Source: Dimorphilus gyrociliatus (Eukaryota; Animalia; Annelida). From it: DNA of 64,000 nucleotides. The DNA is taken from positions 62,001 through 126,000 of the forward strand of contig CAJFCJ010000010.1 of assembly GCA_904063045.1 (NCBI GenBank). Direction: 5' to 3'. Of this stretch, positions 12,565-24,779 are shown piece after piece (positions within the stretch are counted from its first letter, which is position 1; each line of letters opens with the position of its first letter). Both the position numbers and the translations under genes were made by a program. The notes below the pieces were generated by a model. That model was not told where the DNA came from. It saw only the letters and a program-made list of their open reading frames with translations, and made no database searches.

Positions 12565-13278
12565 ACAGAATCCTAGTTGTTACGTAAGTATAGGAATAAA
12601 AACTGATAAATCGAACTATATATATCGAACATTTTTTATTAAATATCTTAAAACTATGCTTTATCAGTGTTTTGTTTTATTTTTCAGCAATTACAAATAT
12701 TTAGAATATTTCAACCCGGAGAAATCGATCTAGGCTATCCCTACCAATCAACATTCTGTTTTGTTACTCGAGAGATTAAAAATGAATTTATCTCATCGGA
12801 TGCTATTTCTAAACTAAGGCAAAAAAACCCCCAGACAATCCGTGTAGCTGAAGAAGATAAGGGTTGGCAATTACATGAAATGACATTTGGCATAGATCTC
12901 TCCAAGTCCGAATTTTTATCACCTATACTTAAAATGAAATGTAAAGTTGCTCAAAAATCTACTTTTATAGGCGAAAGCGATTTAAAATATATAGCTTCTT
13001 CAACCAAAAAAGACTTTACAAAGTTAATGGAAGGAACATATGCTCCTGTCTCTAGTAATATAAGATGTAGAGACGCGAAAGTGAAAGAAGCTTGTAAATG
13101 CCGATTAGATATTTGTAATTTTTGGTATCCGTGTTCATTAAAAATGTGTAAGGGTCAAGACGAACTTGGGAATAGTGTAGTATATCGTTGCGGTATTCAT
13201 ACTTGTCGAAAATGTCGGGTATTCGAATTTATGATAGACGCAAGTTACAAGTGCCCTTGGGATATTCTAGAAGATTAA
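12275..13278 (+). CDS. OAF: Out at first protein homolog (secreted, Cys-rich C-terminus)
   Basis: Exon 1 12275-12481 with signal peptide, exon 2 12688-13278. Motifs DAISKLRQKNP, WYPCSLKMC, YRCGIHTC and CPWD match OAF. Confidence 0.93.
12528..12559. repeat. (AT)n microsatellite in oaf intron 1
   Basis: About 16 perfect AT units. Confidence 0.95.
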
Positions 13279-14139
13279 CGTAAAGTCTATTTTTCTTTAC
13301 GGATTCCGCTGTTCAATTCACATCAAGTGCGTGCCAGCAAGTATTTAAAAAGAAGAATAAGGATAAGGCGAAAAACGTTTTCGTTAATATTTGAGGAGAG
13401 GTGGAAAAATCATTTTATTAACAGTACGACTATTGTTATGAAATGTAATAATACAGTACAAGTACCCTATTTTTAGCCACTTGTTTTTTTTTTTTCCAAA
13501 AATGAATTTTTCTTTTTTTTGGCCTAAACAAGATGTTTTAAAGAGAAGTTAAAATAAGGACAACTCACCTATCTTTAAGTGAGATTTATAAAATCTTTGT
13601 TTATCACAATAGAAATAAGAAAATTATTGATTTATGCAAACATTAACTAAATTGGTTAATTAAGTAAAAGTAGTAAGTGATAAATATTCAAGAATAATTT
13701 TCACAAATTATCTAATACTGTTACAAAATGACTTTCATTTTTACCATTCGCAACTTCATTATTCTTATTTTAAAAAATATAGAAAAATCGATTTTAACAC
13801 CTCATTGATGAAAAGATATATTTCTTATCAAGTTTGTATTAAATACAGCTTTTATAATTCTCAAGTAAGGATAGATAATTTGTCTTCATTTTAATTTCTG
13901 GTAAAAACATCTTGCTTAGGCGAAAGTTGAAAAAAAATTTAATTTTCAAAAAAACAATGGTGGCCAAAAATAGGGTATCGGTACTGTAGTATTTAAACAT
14001 TATGAAATTGTTTTAATCTTCGTATTCAATTTTACAAAGGCAATGAACTCTTCTATTTACATTATCTAAAATTATTATAATTTTTTAGGCGCTATCTTTT
14101 ATAATCTATAAAAATAGTTTTGTGATGGATTAGTACGTT

Positions 14140-15378
14140 TTATACGTTGTATGTACTCATCATGTTGGCAGCTATGACTAATCTTTGGATTTCGGACGTA
14201 CCTTCATATATTTCAGTTATTCTCGAATCTCTATAATAACGTTCTGCTGGCATGTCTTGCAGATAACCTATTCCACCCAAGATTTGAATTGCTTGGTGTG
14301 AACAAAACGTGGCAGTTTCAGATGCCGTTAATTTAGCTATAGCTGCTTCCTTTGTGATATTTTCTCCCTTATCAAATAGCATGGCTGCATTCCACGTTAA
14401 CAGTCTAGAAGCTTCGATCTTACTTTGCATATCTGCCAATTTTAGTTGAATAGCTTGAAGGTTCGATAGTACTATTCCAAATGCCTTACGTTCTGTTGAA
14501 TATTTTATAGCACAGTCTAGTGAAGCTTGAGCTATTCCTAACGCTAACCCGGCAACTCCTATTCTTCCACCATCTAATGTAGTCATAGCTATTTTAAATC
14601 CGTATCCTTGTCTTCCTAATATTCTGTCTTTGGGGATTTTGGTCTCTTCAAATTTTATTTGAACAGTAGGATTACCCCTTATTCCTAGCTTTTTTTCAAG
14701 CTTACCAATGATACAACTTTCATGTTGCTTCGAAACAATGAAAGCGCTTATTCCTTTATGTTTCAATTTTTTATCGCTGGTTGCCATTACAATCATATCA
14801 CCTGGTAATGTTCCATGAGACACGAATGTCTTGGTACCCTCTAAAATCCAATGATCATCTTTCAAAGTGGCCTTTGTTTTAGCTGCTCCCGCGTCACTGC
14901 CGTTATCCGATTCGCTAAGACAAAATGAGCCAATTCTATCACCTTTGACATAATGTGTTATGTATTCTTCTATTTGTTCGCGCGTACCAAAATTTAAAAG
15001 TGGTTTTATAAATAAAGATGTCTGTCCAGTAACTGCTGTTCCAGTAGTAGCGCAACCCCTTGAAATTTCTTCCATAGCTATTGCATATGCCAAGGTTCCA
15101 ATATTTGAACCACCATATTCTTCAGGTACTACTAGCCCGAAAACTCCAAGATCTGCTAGTTTCCTCATATTCTCCATAGGAAATTTACCCTCTTCATCAG
15201 CTTTGGCAGCCAGAGGAGCAATTTCCTCATTTACTAATTCACGAAGGGAATTTTTAAATATTCTATGCGTTTCAGGCAAAAGTGCATCATTATAAAACGT
15301 TCTATGACGAATGAATTTAACCCCAAGGACTCGATTTAGAGATTTTGTAGTCACACATTTTCTTATTAGAGCTGCCAT
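14140..15378 (-). CDS. ACADS: Short-chain acyl-CoA dehydrogenase-like, mitochondrial, intronless
   Basis: 412-aa uninterrupted ORF with a basic presequence, AYAIAMEEISRGC, FCLSESDNGSDAGA, KLGIRG and RDSRITEIYEGTSEIQRLVIA (catalytic Glu). Confidence 0.88.
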   Translation of the reverse strand: MAALIRKCVTTKSLNRVLGVKFIRHRTFYNDALLPETHRIFKNSLRELVNEEIAPLAAKADEEGKFPMENMRKLADLGVFGLVVPEEYGGSNIGTLAYAIAMEEISRGCATTGTAVTGQTSLFIKPLLNFGTREQIEEYITHYVKGDRIGSFCLSESDNGSDAGAAKTKATLKDDHWILEGTKTFVSHGTLPGDMIVMATSDKKLKHKGISAFIVSKQHESCIIGKLEKKLGIRGNPTVQIKFEETKIPKDRILGRQGYGFKIAMTTLDGGRIGVAGLALGIAQASLDCAIKYSTERKAFGIVLSNLQAIQLKLADMQSKIEASRLLTWNAAMLFDKGENITKEAAIAKLTASETATFCSHQAIQILGGIGYLQDMPAERYYRDSRITEIYEGTSEIQRLVIAANMMSTYNV

Positions 15379-15796
15379 GCTGTGACAGTGACATATCTTG
15401 TACTAAGATGAGCTTTATATACTTAAAATGGTTGGTGTTTATCAGCTTAGATAAAAAGTACTTGTGAGTATTATCATCCAATATAGATTTTTTTCTTTTC
15501 TTGTATATAAACAGATCATACTTTTGTTTTCTACCAAGATCATTAATATTTATTATTTCAAATTAATTAAAACTTTTGTTTTTATTTAAAAGTGTTTTAT
15601 AGATTTTTCATCCTAATTCAAATAACTTTATACCGTTTGGGACTGCCTTAAATGAATAATTATTTTTCCTACACATGGTAGATGTCAACTTGAAAGGTCT
15701 AAATATATTAATTATAGTTATTTATTATTCTTTGTGTTAGAGTATATATAGTTATTATGTTATAAAGTTTGAAACATGTGATATAATTTTTTTTCT

Positions 15797-15810
15797 ACCG
15801 GAAACGGAAA
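15797..15810. promoter_or_regulatory. Tandem ETS/GABP-like sites in the ACADS-PREP divergent intergenic region
   Basis: ACCGGAAACGGAAA, two CGGAA cores. Confidence 0.3.
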
Positions 15811-15920
15811 TGTTCGGCCCTGGTTACGCACTTCGAGTTTTGTCACGCAAAGTGAATCAATATCGAGCAGTTATATTTGGAAAGTTGATTCAAAGAGAGT
15901 ATATTATAGCAACGAAGAAG

Positions 15921-18495
15921 ATGAATTTCGATTATCCACTAGTCTGTCGCAATGAGAAAGCATTTGACGAGTATCATGGTCAAAAGGTGCATTATTGTCT
16001 TGTTGATTTTCGTGCAATCTCTACTAATCTTTGTCGCTGAGAGCTGGTACAAAACTCTAATTAGGAATGCTATTACAAACTTAATCTGAACGATAAGCAA
16101 AGAGATAATAAGCGGTTGCATGAGATTTTATGCAAAATTCTTTCAAATATGAATAAACTACCAATTGACAGGAACACGAACATCATATTTATTATGTTTG
16201 TCTATTTTTATTTAGATAGCAGATCCGTATAGATGGCTTGAAGATCCTGATAGTAGCGATACAAAGACCTTTGTAGAAAATCAAAATAAAATTTCAGAAC
16301 CTTTTATTCAAGCTTATCCATTTAGAAAACAATTACACGATACGTAAGAATAATATTCTATACATAAGGCATTAGTATACAATAATTCACTATAAATTTA
16401 TATAGGATTAAGAAAATGTGGGATTATCCTAAATATGGATGTCCTAGAAAGAGAGGAGATAATTATTACTATTCTTACAATACTGGTTTACAGAATCAGA
16501 GGTACTCAACAAAAACTCGCATACCTAATATGGAAAAAACAGGAAAAAGTAATATTGTATCTCTTTTTAATATTTCAGTGTTATCTACTGTCAAAAGACT
16601 TTGGATAGCGAAGCAGAAGTTTTCTTTGATCCAAATACTCTATCAACTGATGGAACCGTTGCTCTCAGTTCAACGGCATTCTCGAAAGATAATAAGCACT
16701 ATGCATTTGGTTTAAGTGAACAAGGTTCAGACTGGCTAACGATAAAAGTTAAAGATGTTGCTACTAGAATTGATAAAGATGATTTACTTAAAAATGTGAA
16801 ATTTACCAGTCTTTCTTGGACGCACGATCATAAAGGGTTTTTTTATAATAGATACCCAAAGTCTGAAGGTAAAGCTGATGGAACAGAGACTGATATGAAT
16901 CTTAATCATAAGCTGTATTATCACTTTGTGGGAGATGATCAGTCTCAAGATGTTCTTGTTGCCGAATTTCCTGATAATCCAAAATGGATGATCGGCGCAG
17001 AAGTAACAGACGACGGACGTTACGTTGTTCTTTCGATTGCGGAAGGATGCGAACACGTTAATCGACTTTATTTCGTTGATTTAAAAGATCTCGGTGACAA
17101 GTCGATTAAAGAGTTTGGCAAAGTCTTGCCATATACTATAATTGTTGATAATTTTGATGCTGAATGGGAATATATCACAAATAATGGGACCATGTTTGTT
17201 TTTAGAACAAATAAGGATTCTCCAAGATCTAAATTAGTCACTATTGATATTTCTAAAGGCATATCGTCTTTAAAAGATCTCGTTCCTCAACACGAAAAAG
17301 ATGTTCTAGAGTGGAGTGCATGTGTAAGAGATGATTTGTTAATTCTTTGCTATATCCGTGACGTTAAAAACGTGTTGGAAGTAAGGGATGTAAAGACCGG
17401 TAAACTACTTAAAGATTTACCATTACCAATTGGGTCCATAACATCATTCGAAGGAAGAAAAGAGCAGAGTCATATGTTCTATGGATTTACTTCTTTTCTG
17501 GAACCAGGTATTATTTATCAAGTTGATTTTACGAAGCCCCAAAGCGAATGGATTCCAACAAGATGGAAACAAATCGTAGTTCCTAATTTAAAATCTGACG
17601 AGTTCGAAACAGAACAAGTATTTTACGAATCTAAAGATAAGGCGAAAATTCCCATGTTCATCGTCAAGCATAAGAACGTGAAAAAAGATGGAAAAGCCCC
17701 GGCTCTAGTTTACGTTTACGGTGGTTTTAACATATCGATCATGCCGAGTTTTAGCGTGTCCAGAATTGTTTGGATGTTGAAATGCGGTGGTATTTTAGCT
17801 GTGGCAAATATTCGTGGTGGAGGCGAATACGGCGAAGACTGGCATCATTTAGGAACGAAAGAAAAGAAATTTAACTGTTTCGACGATACGGCCTATGCTA
17901 CGAAGTATCTTTCAAATAATGGTTATAGTTCTAGTGATAGAATTGCAATTCAAGGAGGATCGAACGGTGGTTTAGTCGTATGCGCCACAGCAAATAGATA
18001 TCCTAGCGATTTCGCGGCTGTTATCTCTCAAGTTGGAGTTTTAGATATGCTCAAGTAAATTAAAATAAAATCATGTTTATGTATTATGTAATAACATGAA
18101 AAAAATGATACAGATTTCATAAATTCACCATTGGTCACGCCTGGACAACTGATTATGGTTGCGCGGATATTGAGGAAGATTTCAAGTATATAAAAGAATT
18201 TTCACCACTTCACTCAATTCCGTCCACTACTGCCTGTAGTAGATATCCATCAACTCTAATCTTAACTGCTGACCATGACGACAGAGTTGTACCACTTCAC
18301 AGTTTAAAATTCACAGCTGAACTTCAACATGTTCAAGGTGGTAATTCGAAGAAAAACAATAAACCACTAATAGCTTTAATCGATACCAAAGCTGGCCACG
18401 GAGGTGGTAAGCCAACTGGAAAAATCATTGAAGAATTGGTTAACGTCTATTCTTTCCTATCGTTGGTTCTACAAGGAGTCGAATGGAAAGATTAA
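15921..18495 (+). CDS. PREP: Prolyl endopeptidase (S9A); possible upstream in-frame start at 15810
   Basis: MNFDYP..., [19 protein letters not shown], beta-propeller region, [10 protein letters not shown], and catalytic GGSNGG, DHDDRV and AGHG; five exons, stop TAA at 18493-18495. Confidence 0.95.
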
Positions 18496-19889
18496 ATGAC
18501 TATTTTACAATATCGAATAAACATCGCACAAATAAAACCTAAAATCTCTTCAATTCCTTTTTTTTATCGAAAAAAAGTGTCCCCGTTTTCAGTGTCAGTT
18601 CTTCGTGTTGTCTTTTAATCTATATCTTATTCCTTGACTTTTGAACATTTTATCTAGGAAAACCTATCTTAATTAGTCAGCAATTATACAACATAGCAAC
18701 TAGGTGGCAAGCGTCGTTACTTTAATGTACATTAATCATATAGGCCAAATTTTCGTAGTTAATGCGACGACATAAGAAGTTTTTTAATGTACTTAATACA
18801 AATTAAGAAGAGTAAACTAAACTTTTTATACAAGTAGAAAGTAATCGATTAAGGGAAAAGAGATGGCGCCACGAGATAAAACGAATTTATGAGAGAGAAA
18901 AGCTGACACTCCTAGGTAATGGTTTGCTCTCAGATAGCAGAAATTATGACTCAGTTCGAATTATAAAAACAGCTTATATGCTGTAATTTGTAGTAATGAC
19001 AATTCATATTTATGTCTAACTGAATAATGATTGAAACGTTTGCAAGATTTTTCTACAAAATATGCCTTGCAATAACAGGCATTCTTCTGGGTATATATGA
19101 AAGGTTCGTATCTTATAAATCGTATATATATATAAATACATATATATTGCTAATGCGTAATGTTAACCCATATTGATTAATTTCATTGATTTTTTAAAAA
19201 TAAATTGGTTTGAATAGAGTATTACAGTCGTATTTAGAAAACTAGAACCTCTGATTTACACATTCGTTTTCAGCTGTAAAAAATTACTAACATTTGCATC
19301 TCTTCTTCTCTGTCTTGCTATTTTACAACTTCATTTGGCCTGTCTTCCTTTATCGTACTCTCTATACAGTGTTATATAGAATATAACCTATACACCATAT
19401 GTACTATATGCTTTTCTTTCTCACAATTAATCCCAAGCTTAACCTCTCCCTCTCTGTCTTTCTCCCACTCTCTCTCTCTCTCTTTTCCACTTACTAATTG
19501 ACAGACGGAGAGAGGATTGTGGTAATAAAGATGCTGTATATAGCATACAAGACCTGTCAGTTAGACTCTGTTGGTAATTTGCTATAAATTTGATTTACTT
19601 TTATACAAACACTTGTAAAAAAAAAAAATAACTAGAAAAAAGACGTAATGTTTAAAACTCTCATTATCATACAGTCCAATGTATGCTATCAGTTACTAAA
19701 TAGGTTATCTATCGGATTTTGATTCTATAGACAAATAAAAATAGAACAGCATATAATTCCTTATTGAGTGTTTTTTTTGGATAAAAATGATTCTAATTTT
19801 AAAAAAAAGATAAATAATAGAGAGAGAGGGTAAAGTCTTATCTAAACATAAAAATATCTTGATAACATTCCCTTTTTTATTCTTTTATA

Positions 19890-21144
19890 GCCTGTTTCGT
19901 AAGGATTTCTCTGAAAAGCCAATATTTTATCACTCCGATGAACCTGTACCAGTTATTCAGAATATTATAAAAAACGGATTCTTGTCAAAAACGTTTAGCC
20001 CTGTTTGGTGGGCTAGGAACGGTCATGTTCAAACTCTACTAACTGCTTTAAACGTGAATAAACCTACGGATATTTCTTTTAAACGAGAAATAATTAAATT
20101 ACCTGGTTAAATTTATTTTCTATTTATCTCTTTTTTAAATTAATAGCTATATCTCTTTCAGACGGTGGACAATTAGCTTTGGATTGGGGCCATGTTATAG
20201 ATAATCCTCATCTAGAGGGTGATGATATTTTACTAGTTCTTCCTGGTTTAACTGGAGCAGCTATAGATTATAGATCAATTGTTAAGTTAGGTTTACAAAG
20301 AAACTACAGAGTTGTTGTATTTAACAAAAGAGGCCATGGCGGACTAGAATTGACAACCGCAAAATTGCAGAGCTTTGGATATCCTTACGATGTACGTTTC
20401 GTTTTAGAAAATTTCAGAAAACGATTTAGAGAGCGTAAAATTCACGCTATCGGATTTAGTGCAGGCTCTGGGTTATTAGTATCCTACTTGGGATATTTTC
20501 CAGACGATCCAATTATAGATGGAGCAGTTGCAGTCTCTCCTGGCTACGACGCTGAACATTTACTTAAGATACTACCGAACTTTTACGCTTTTCTCATGCT
20601 AATGAAATTGAAATTTATGATTTGGCAGCACCGGTAATGACCTTATTATTATTATTATTATTAATTAAATAGAATAGGTAACTATAACTTTCGTTTTTTT
20701 TATTATTTCCATTACAGAAAAGTTTTGAAAAAAGCTGTGAACATGAGAAGGGCCGTTTCAACAAGCTGTTTTGAGGAATTTGAACAAGTAGTCTACGGTG
20801 CACCTAATGGATATAATGATATTAAAGATTATTGGAAGGAGAATAATCCAATAATGGCTCTAAAACACATTAAAATACCCGTTATGTGTATCAGCTCCAT
20901 GGATGATCCTGTTTGCGTTGGAGAAGTTGTAAAATTCGACTACTTCTACAGTAATCCACATTCTCTATTATGCGCAACTAAGAGAGGAGGTCATTGCGCT
21001 TTCTTCCACGGAAGTGAAATGAAAAGGTAGAGTATTAAGTAAACTAATTAATAGTTGCATACAATTTTCATTCCTTTACTTTAACCTAAAAATAGATGGG
21101 CAGAAGATATGGCTCTTGATTTCCTTCACCATATAAAGAATTAA
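19890..21144 (+). CDS. Alpha/beta hydrolase of the ABHD1/2/3/15 family, closest to ABHD15 (5' end not resolved)
   Basis: GHVQT, LVLPGLTG, VVVFNKRG, GFSAGSGLLVSYLG, SSMDDPVC, FYSNPH and GGHCAF; four exons seen, stop at 21142-21144. Confidence 0.8.
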
Positions 21145-21525
21145 TTTGATTAAGATAAAATAATATCTGAAAAAAAGAACAAAAAGCTGATTTTTTTTAA
21201 CTTTTGTTTCTTTTATGTTACGTTTGTAAAGATTCCAATGGATTCCGTTTATTTCTCGGCGCATAGAACAAGCATGGAGACGTTTTTTGTTTACTAGTCA
21301 TTTGATTTCTTTTCCGCTACTTATATTATATAATGAAGTGAATAAAAATACCATGTGTATATATTAATATAAATACTAATATATACATATATAATAAAGT
21401 CTTTCTTTGTTCACTCTCATACTTTACCAGCTTTCTTTTGTTTATATTTTTTGCACTGTTTTTTTTTATTTCTTAGCAATTAATGCAGATAAAGTTGATC
21501 ATAAATAAACATACAATACGTTCAT

Positions 21526-22659
21526 CTACCATTCATAAACCCATACATAGGTTTTAAATAAGGTTACGCTAAGTTTAACATCTCTATCAGACGAAGGAGC
21601 CATTTCGGGATAACAAAATCTTCTTCCACCGACGTACCAACAATCTGATTTTGGTGGTTTATAATAGCATCCATTCGCTCTGTCTTCCCCGCATCTCCAT
21701 AGGAAAGTCATATTGTTTTGAAAGATAATTGGATCCTTTTCGAAGAATTTATAAGCTACCGCTATTCCGCTGTGATCTATATAAGTTACTCCAGCGTTTT
21801 CAAAGTGATTGACTCCGGCATTGAAATAATAGGATGAAAGATAGAAATCTTCTGTTCCGGAAGACAATAGTTGTACATTACTCCAGTCATCGGAATCTAA
21901 CAATACTCGGTAACAAGCTTCTAAATATTCTAGATCTTTACTGCGACCGGCGAAAGCTACTTGAAAGACTATTCCAGATTTATTATTTACCTTAGCTATG
22001 GTGACATAATCATGGGGATTTAGCAATCCTGAAAAACATAACAAGTTTTAAACAGAAGTCCATCCAAATGTCACGTGATAAGACAATTTAAAAATAACAA
22101 TACCGTCTGTTTTGTAAAGTTTAAGTCGTGTATTGGCGGGTAATATAAGATCTCCAATGACAACCGGGTAATTTTCAACACCCTTAACTATATACCACAT
22201 AATACAACTGGCCGGTCCAGGAATTCTTACTGTAATTTTAATACTTCTACCAAAAGGAATTCTATAGGTGTTAAAGAAGGCACCTCCATTATGAGCTGCA
22301 TGACCAAATAAACTAGTGGCCCATGGGGCAAATTTGTCTTCGACAGCTGCAGTCGTATTTATTCCATGGGCGAAAAACATGTTAAAATCTAAACTCGGCT
22401 CCGTTTCTCCATCAATATACACATTGACAAACATGTTTTCATCCGTACAATGTAAACCTGCGATATAAGATTGTTCAGTTATAACACCGGGTCCTTTGTT
22501 GTACTCAAACATGACATTTTCAACCCAATTCCCTCTGATGTATGCCTCTTTTGTGCTGGTACCAAAGGTTTTCATTTTTTCGTTTACCTGGACTTTAGCA
22601 ATAGCGATGCTAAGTATAAAAAATAAAAGGGAAAATATATTTTTCATTTGTTGCTCCAT
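21526..22659 (-). CDS. Secreted DUF2961/GH172-like glycoside hydrolase, paralog A (352 aa)
   Basis: Exons 22659-22104 and 22028-21526 (75-bp phase-1 intron). Signal peptide, GPGVITEQ, VYIDGETEPS, FNTYRIPFGRSIKIT, YLEAC...SSGTEDFY, YKFFEKDPIIF and YVWVYEW. Confidence 0.78.
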
Positions 22660-23053
22660 TGCTGCTGCAATACAGAAAGATCCAGGTGGATGTCTACTAA
22701 AATACTTATATCTTCAATACACTTGTGTTTATCAATTTGTCACAATGCAGCTCAAGACTTGGAGAACTTTGATCTTTCGTAAATATGCTTAAAGCAACCA
22801 TTTTCAGTCTATAAATTAGTATAATATAGCAGATGAGAGAGTGGTCAACAGATATAGTTTTAGATTATAAACATTCAATTATTGTATTCACTTTATTATC
22901 AGTTAATTATTACTGACATTTTAACAATAGCTGCTATAAAAAAATATCTTTATATAGACTTTGAACCAATTGTTCATAATTAAAATTTAATTTCATGTTT
23001 AGTTCTTCCCTAGCCTTTAGTTTGATCACCAATTTATCTTTTCTTCTTTCTGT

Positions 23054-24187
23054 TTACCATTCATATACCCATACATATGTTTTAAAGAATGTTTCGCTTA
23101 AATCAAATCCTTTTTTTTCTTTTTCTATTTGTTCTTGTGGTGCTTGTTTAGGAAAGCAGTACTTTCTATTTCCATCTAACCAACAGTCTTTTTGAGGTGG
23201 TTTATAGTAACAACCATAGTCGACATTTTCTCCACATCTCCATACAAGCGTAATATTCTCGTGGAATATTACAGGATCTCTTTCAAAAAATTTATAGGCT
23301 ACTACTGATCCATGTAACCGGTTAATAAAAGTAACTCCTGCATTTTCGAAATGATTCACTCCAGCATTAAAGTATAATGCTGATAAGTATAAATCTTCTG
23401 TTCCTGATGATAATAGTTGCATATTTTCCCAATTATCCGAATCGATTAGTAATCTATAACAACTTTCTAGAAATTGTAAATCTTTACTATTAGCCGAAAT
23501 GGTCATTTGAAAAACAATCCCTGACTTCTTTTGAATCTTTAATATGTTAACATATTCTTCTGGTGCAAGAAAATCTATTAAAAATAACAATTATCAAATA
23601 TCGGTAAGAACTTGATATCTATTAAATATTTGCTTACCTTCCGTTTTGTAAACTTTCAACCTGGCTGAAGGAGGCAATTCGAAATCTCCAACGACAATTG
23701 GTAGATTTTCGACGCCTCTAACAATATACCATATTGCACACTCTGGTCCTGGCCTTTGAAATGTAATTTTAATATTCTTCCCAAAAGGTATTCGATAGGT
23801 ATTAAAATAACCTCCTCCACGGTGAGCTGTATGTCCAAACCTACTTGTTGCCCAGGGAGAGAATTTATCTTCTACGTCATTCGTCATATTAACTGCGTGA
23901 GCAAAGAACATATTATAATCTAAGCTAGGTGTTTTTTCACCGTCAATGTAAATGTTTATGTGTAAAGTAGGATCGGCACAGCCATTATTCCCAGAAATAA
24001 ATTGTTCGGTAATTACTCCGGGTCCTTTTTCATATCTAAACATTACATTTTCAATGTTATGGCCGTATAAAACTGCTTTTTTAACACTATGAGAGAAACT
24101 TTTCAAATTTTTATTAAACTTAACAGTTAAGTGTATTGGACTAATTAAGGAGAGCAGAATTGCCAAAATTATTCTCAAGTGATGCAT
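23054..24187 (-). CDS. Secreted DUF2961/GH172-like glycoside hydrolase, paralog B (356 aa)
   Basis: Exons 24187-23638 and 23574-23054 (63-bp phase-1 intron at the same position as paralog A). Signal peptide, GPGVITEQ, IYIDGEKTPS, FNTYRIPFGKNIKIT, FLESC...SSGTEDLY, YKFFERDPVIF and YVWVYEW. Confidence 0.78.
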
Positions 24188-24779
24188 TATTCTTCTTTTT
24201 TCAATCAAAAAAAAACTGGTAGTAGTACTATTTTCTTAGAAAGGGCGGCAAAAAGAACTTCCTACACACGCATAAAATTTAATCATAATCAATTAAAATG
24301 TTCGACCAATAGGACTATTTGATGAAAGCGTTAAAAACTCTCCAAACAAAGAATACAGTTGTTTTTCAGTGGACAAAAACTAATTATATGAATCTATTTT
24401 TAAAAAAGAGAAATCACGTGATACCCCTCCCATAAGGTAAAATAAAGTTTGTTCTCTCCAAGAACAAATATGTAAATGAAAGAACAAAGATAGCAGTGAT
24501 AACCGAAAAAAGAGAGTATAAGTGATGTAGATAGAAAAAACGAAAAAGGAATGATAAATCTATTAATAAAAAAAAGAAGAGGAATGCAAAAAGTGACAAT
24601 AGAACGTTTGTTATTCGTTTACCATTACGCCGATACTTGATACTTTTTTTCGTAGGCTATCACGAGTGTATTAGGCAGTCTTCTTTAAAAAGTAAAACAA
24701 ACTGTAAATAGGAGTTGAAAGATAGTAAATAATCTTTCATTGAATAAATATAGAATGAGATATGACTATGTTTTTTTAG

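Noticed and set aside
14140-15378. Bacterial HGT or contamination origin of the intronless ACAD
   Set aside because: It has a mitochondrial-type presequence, close collinearity with animal ACADS, and composition like its flanks.
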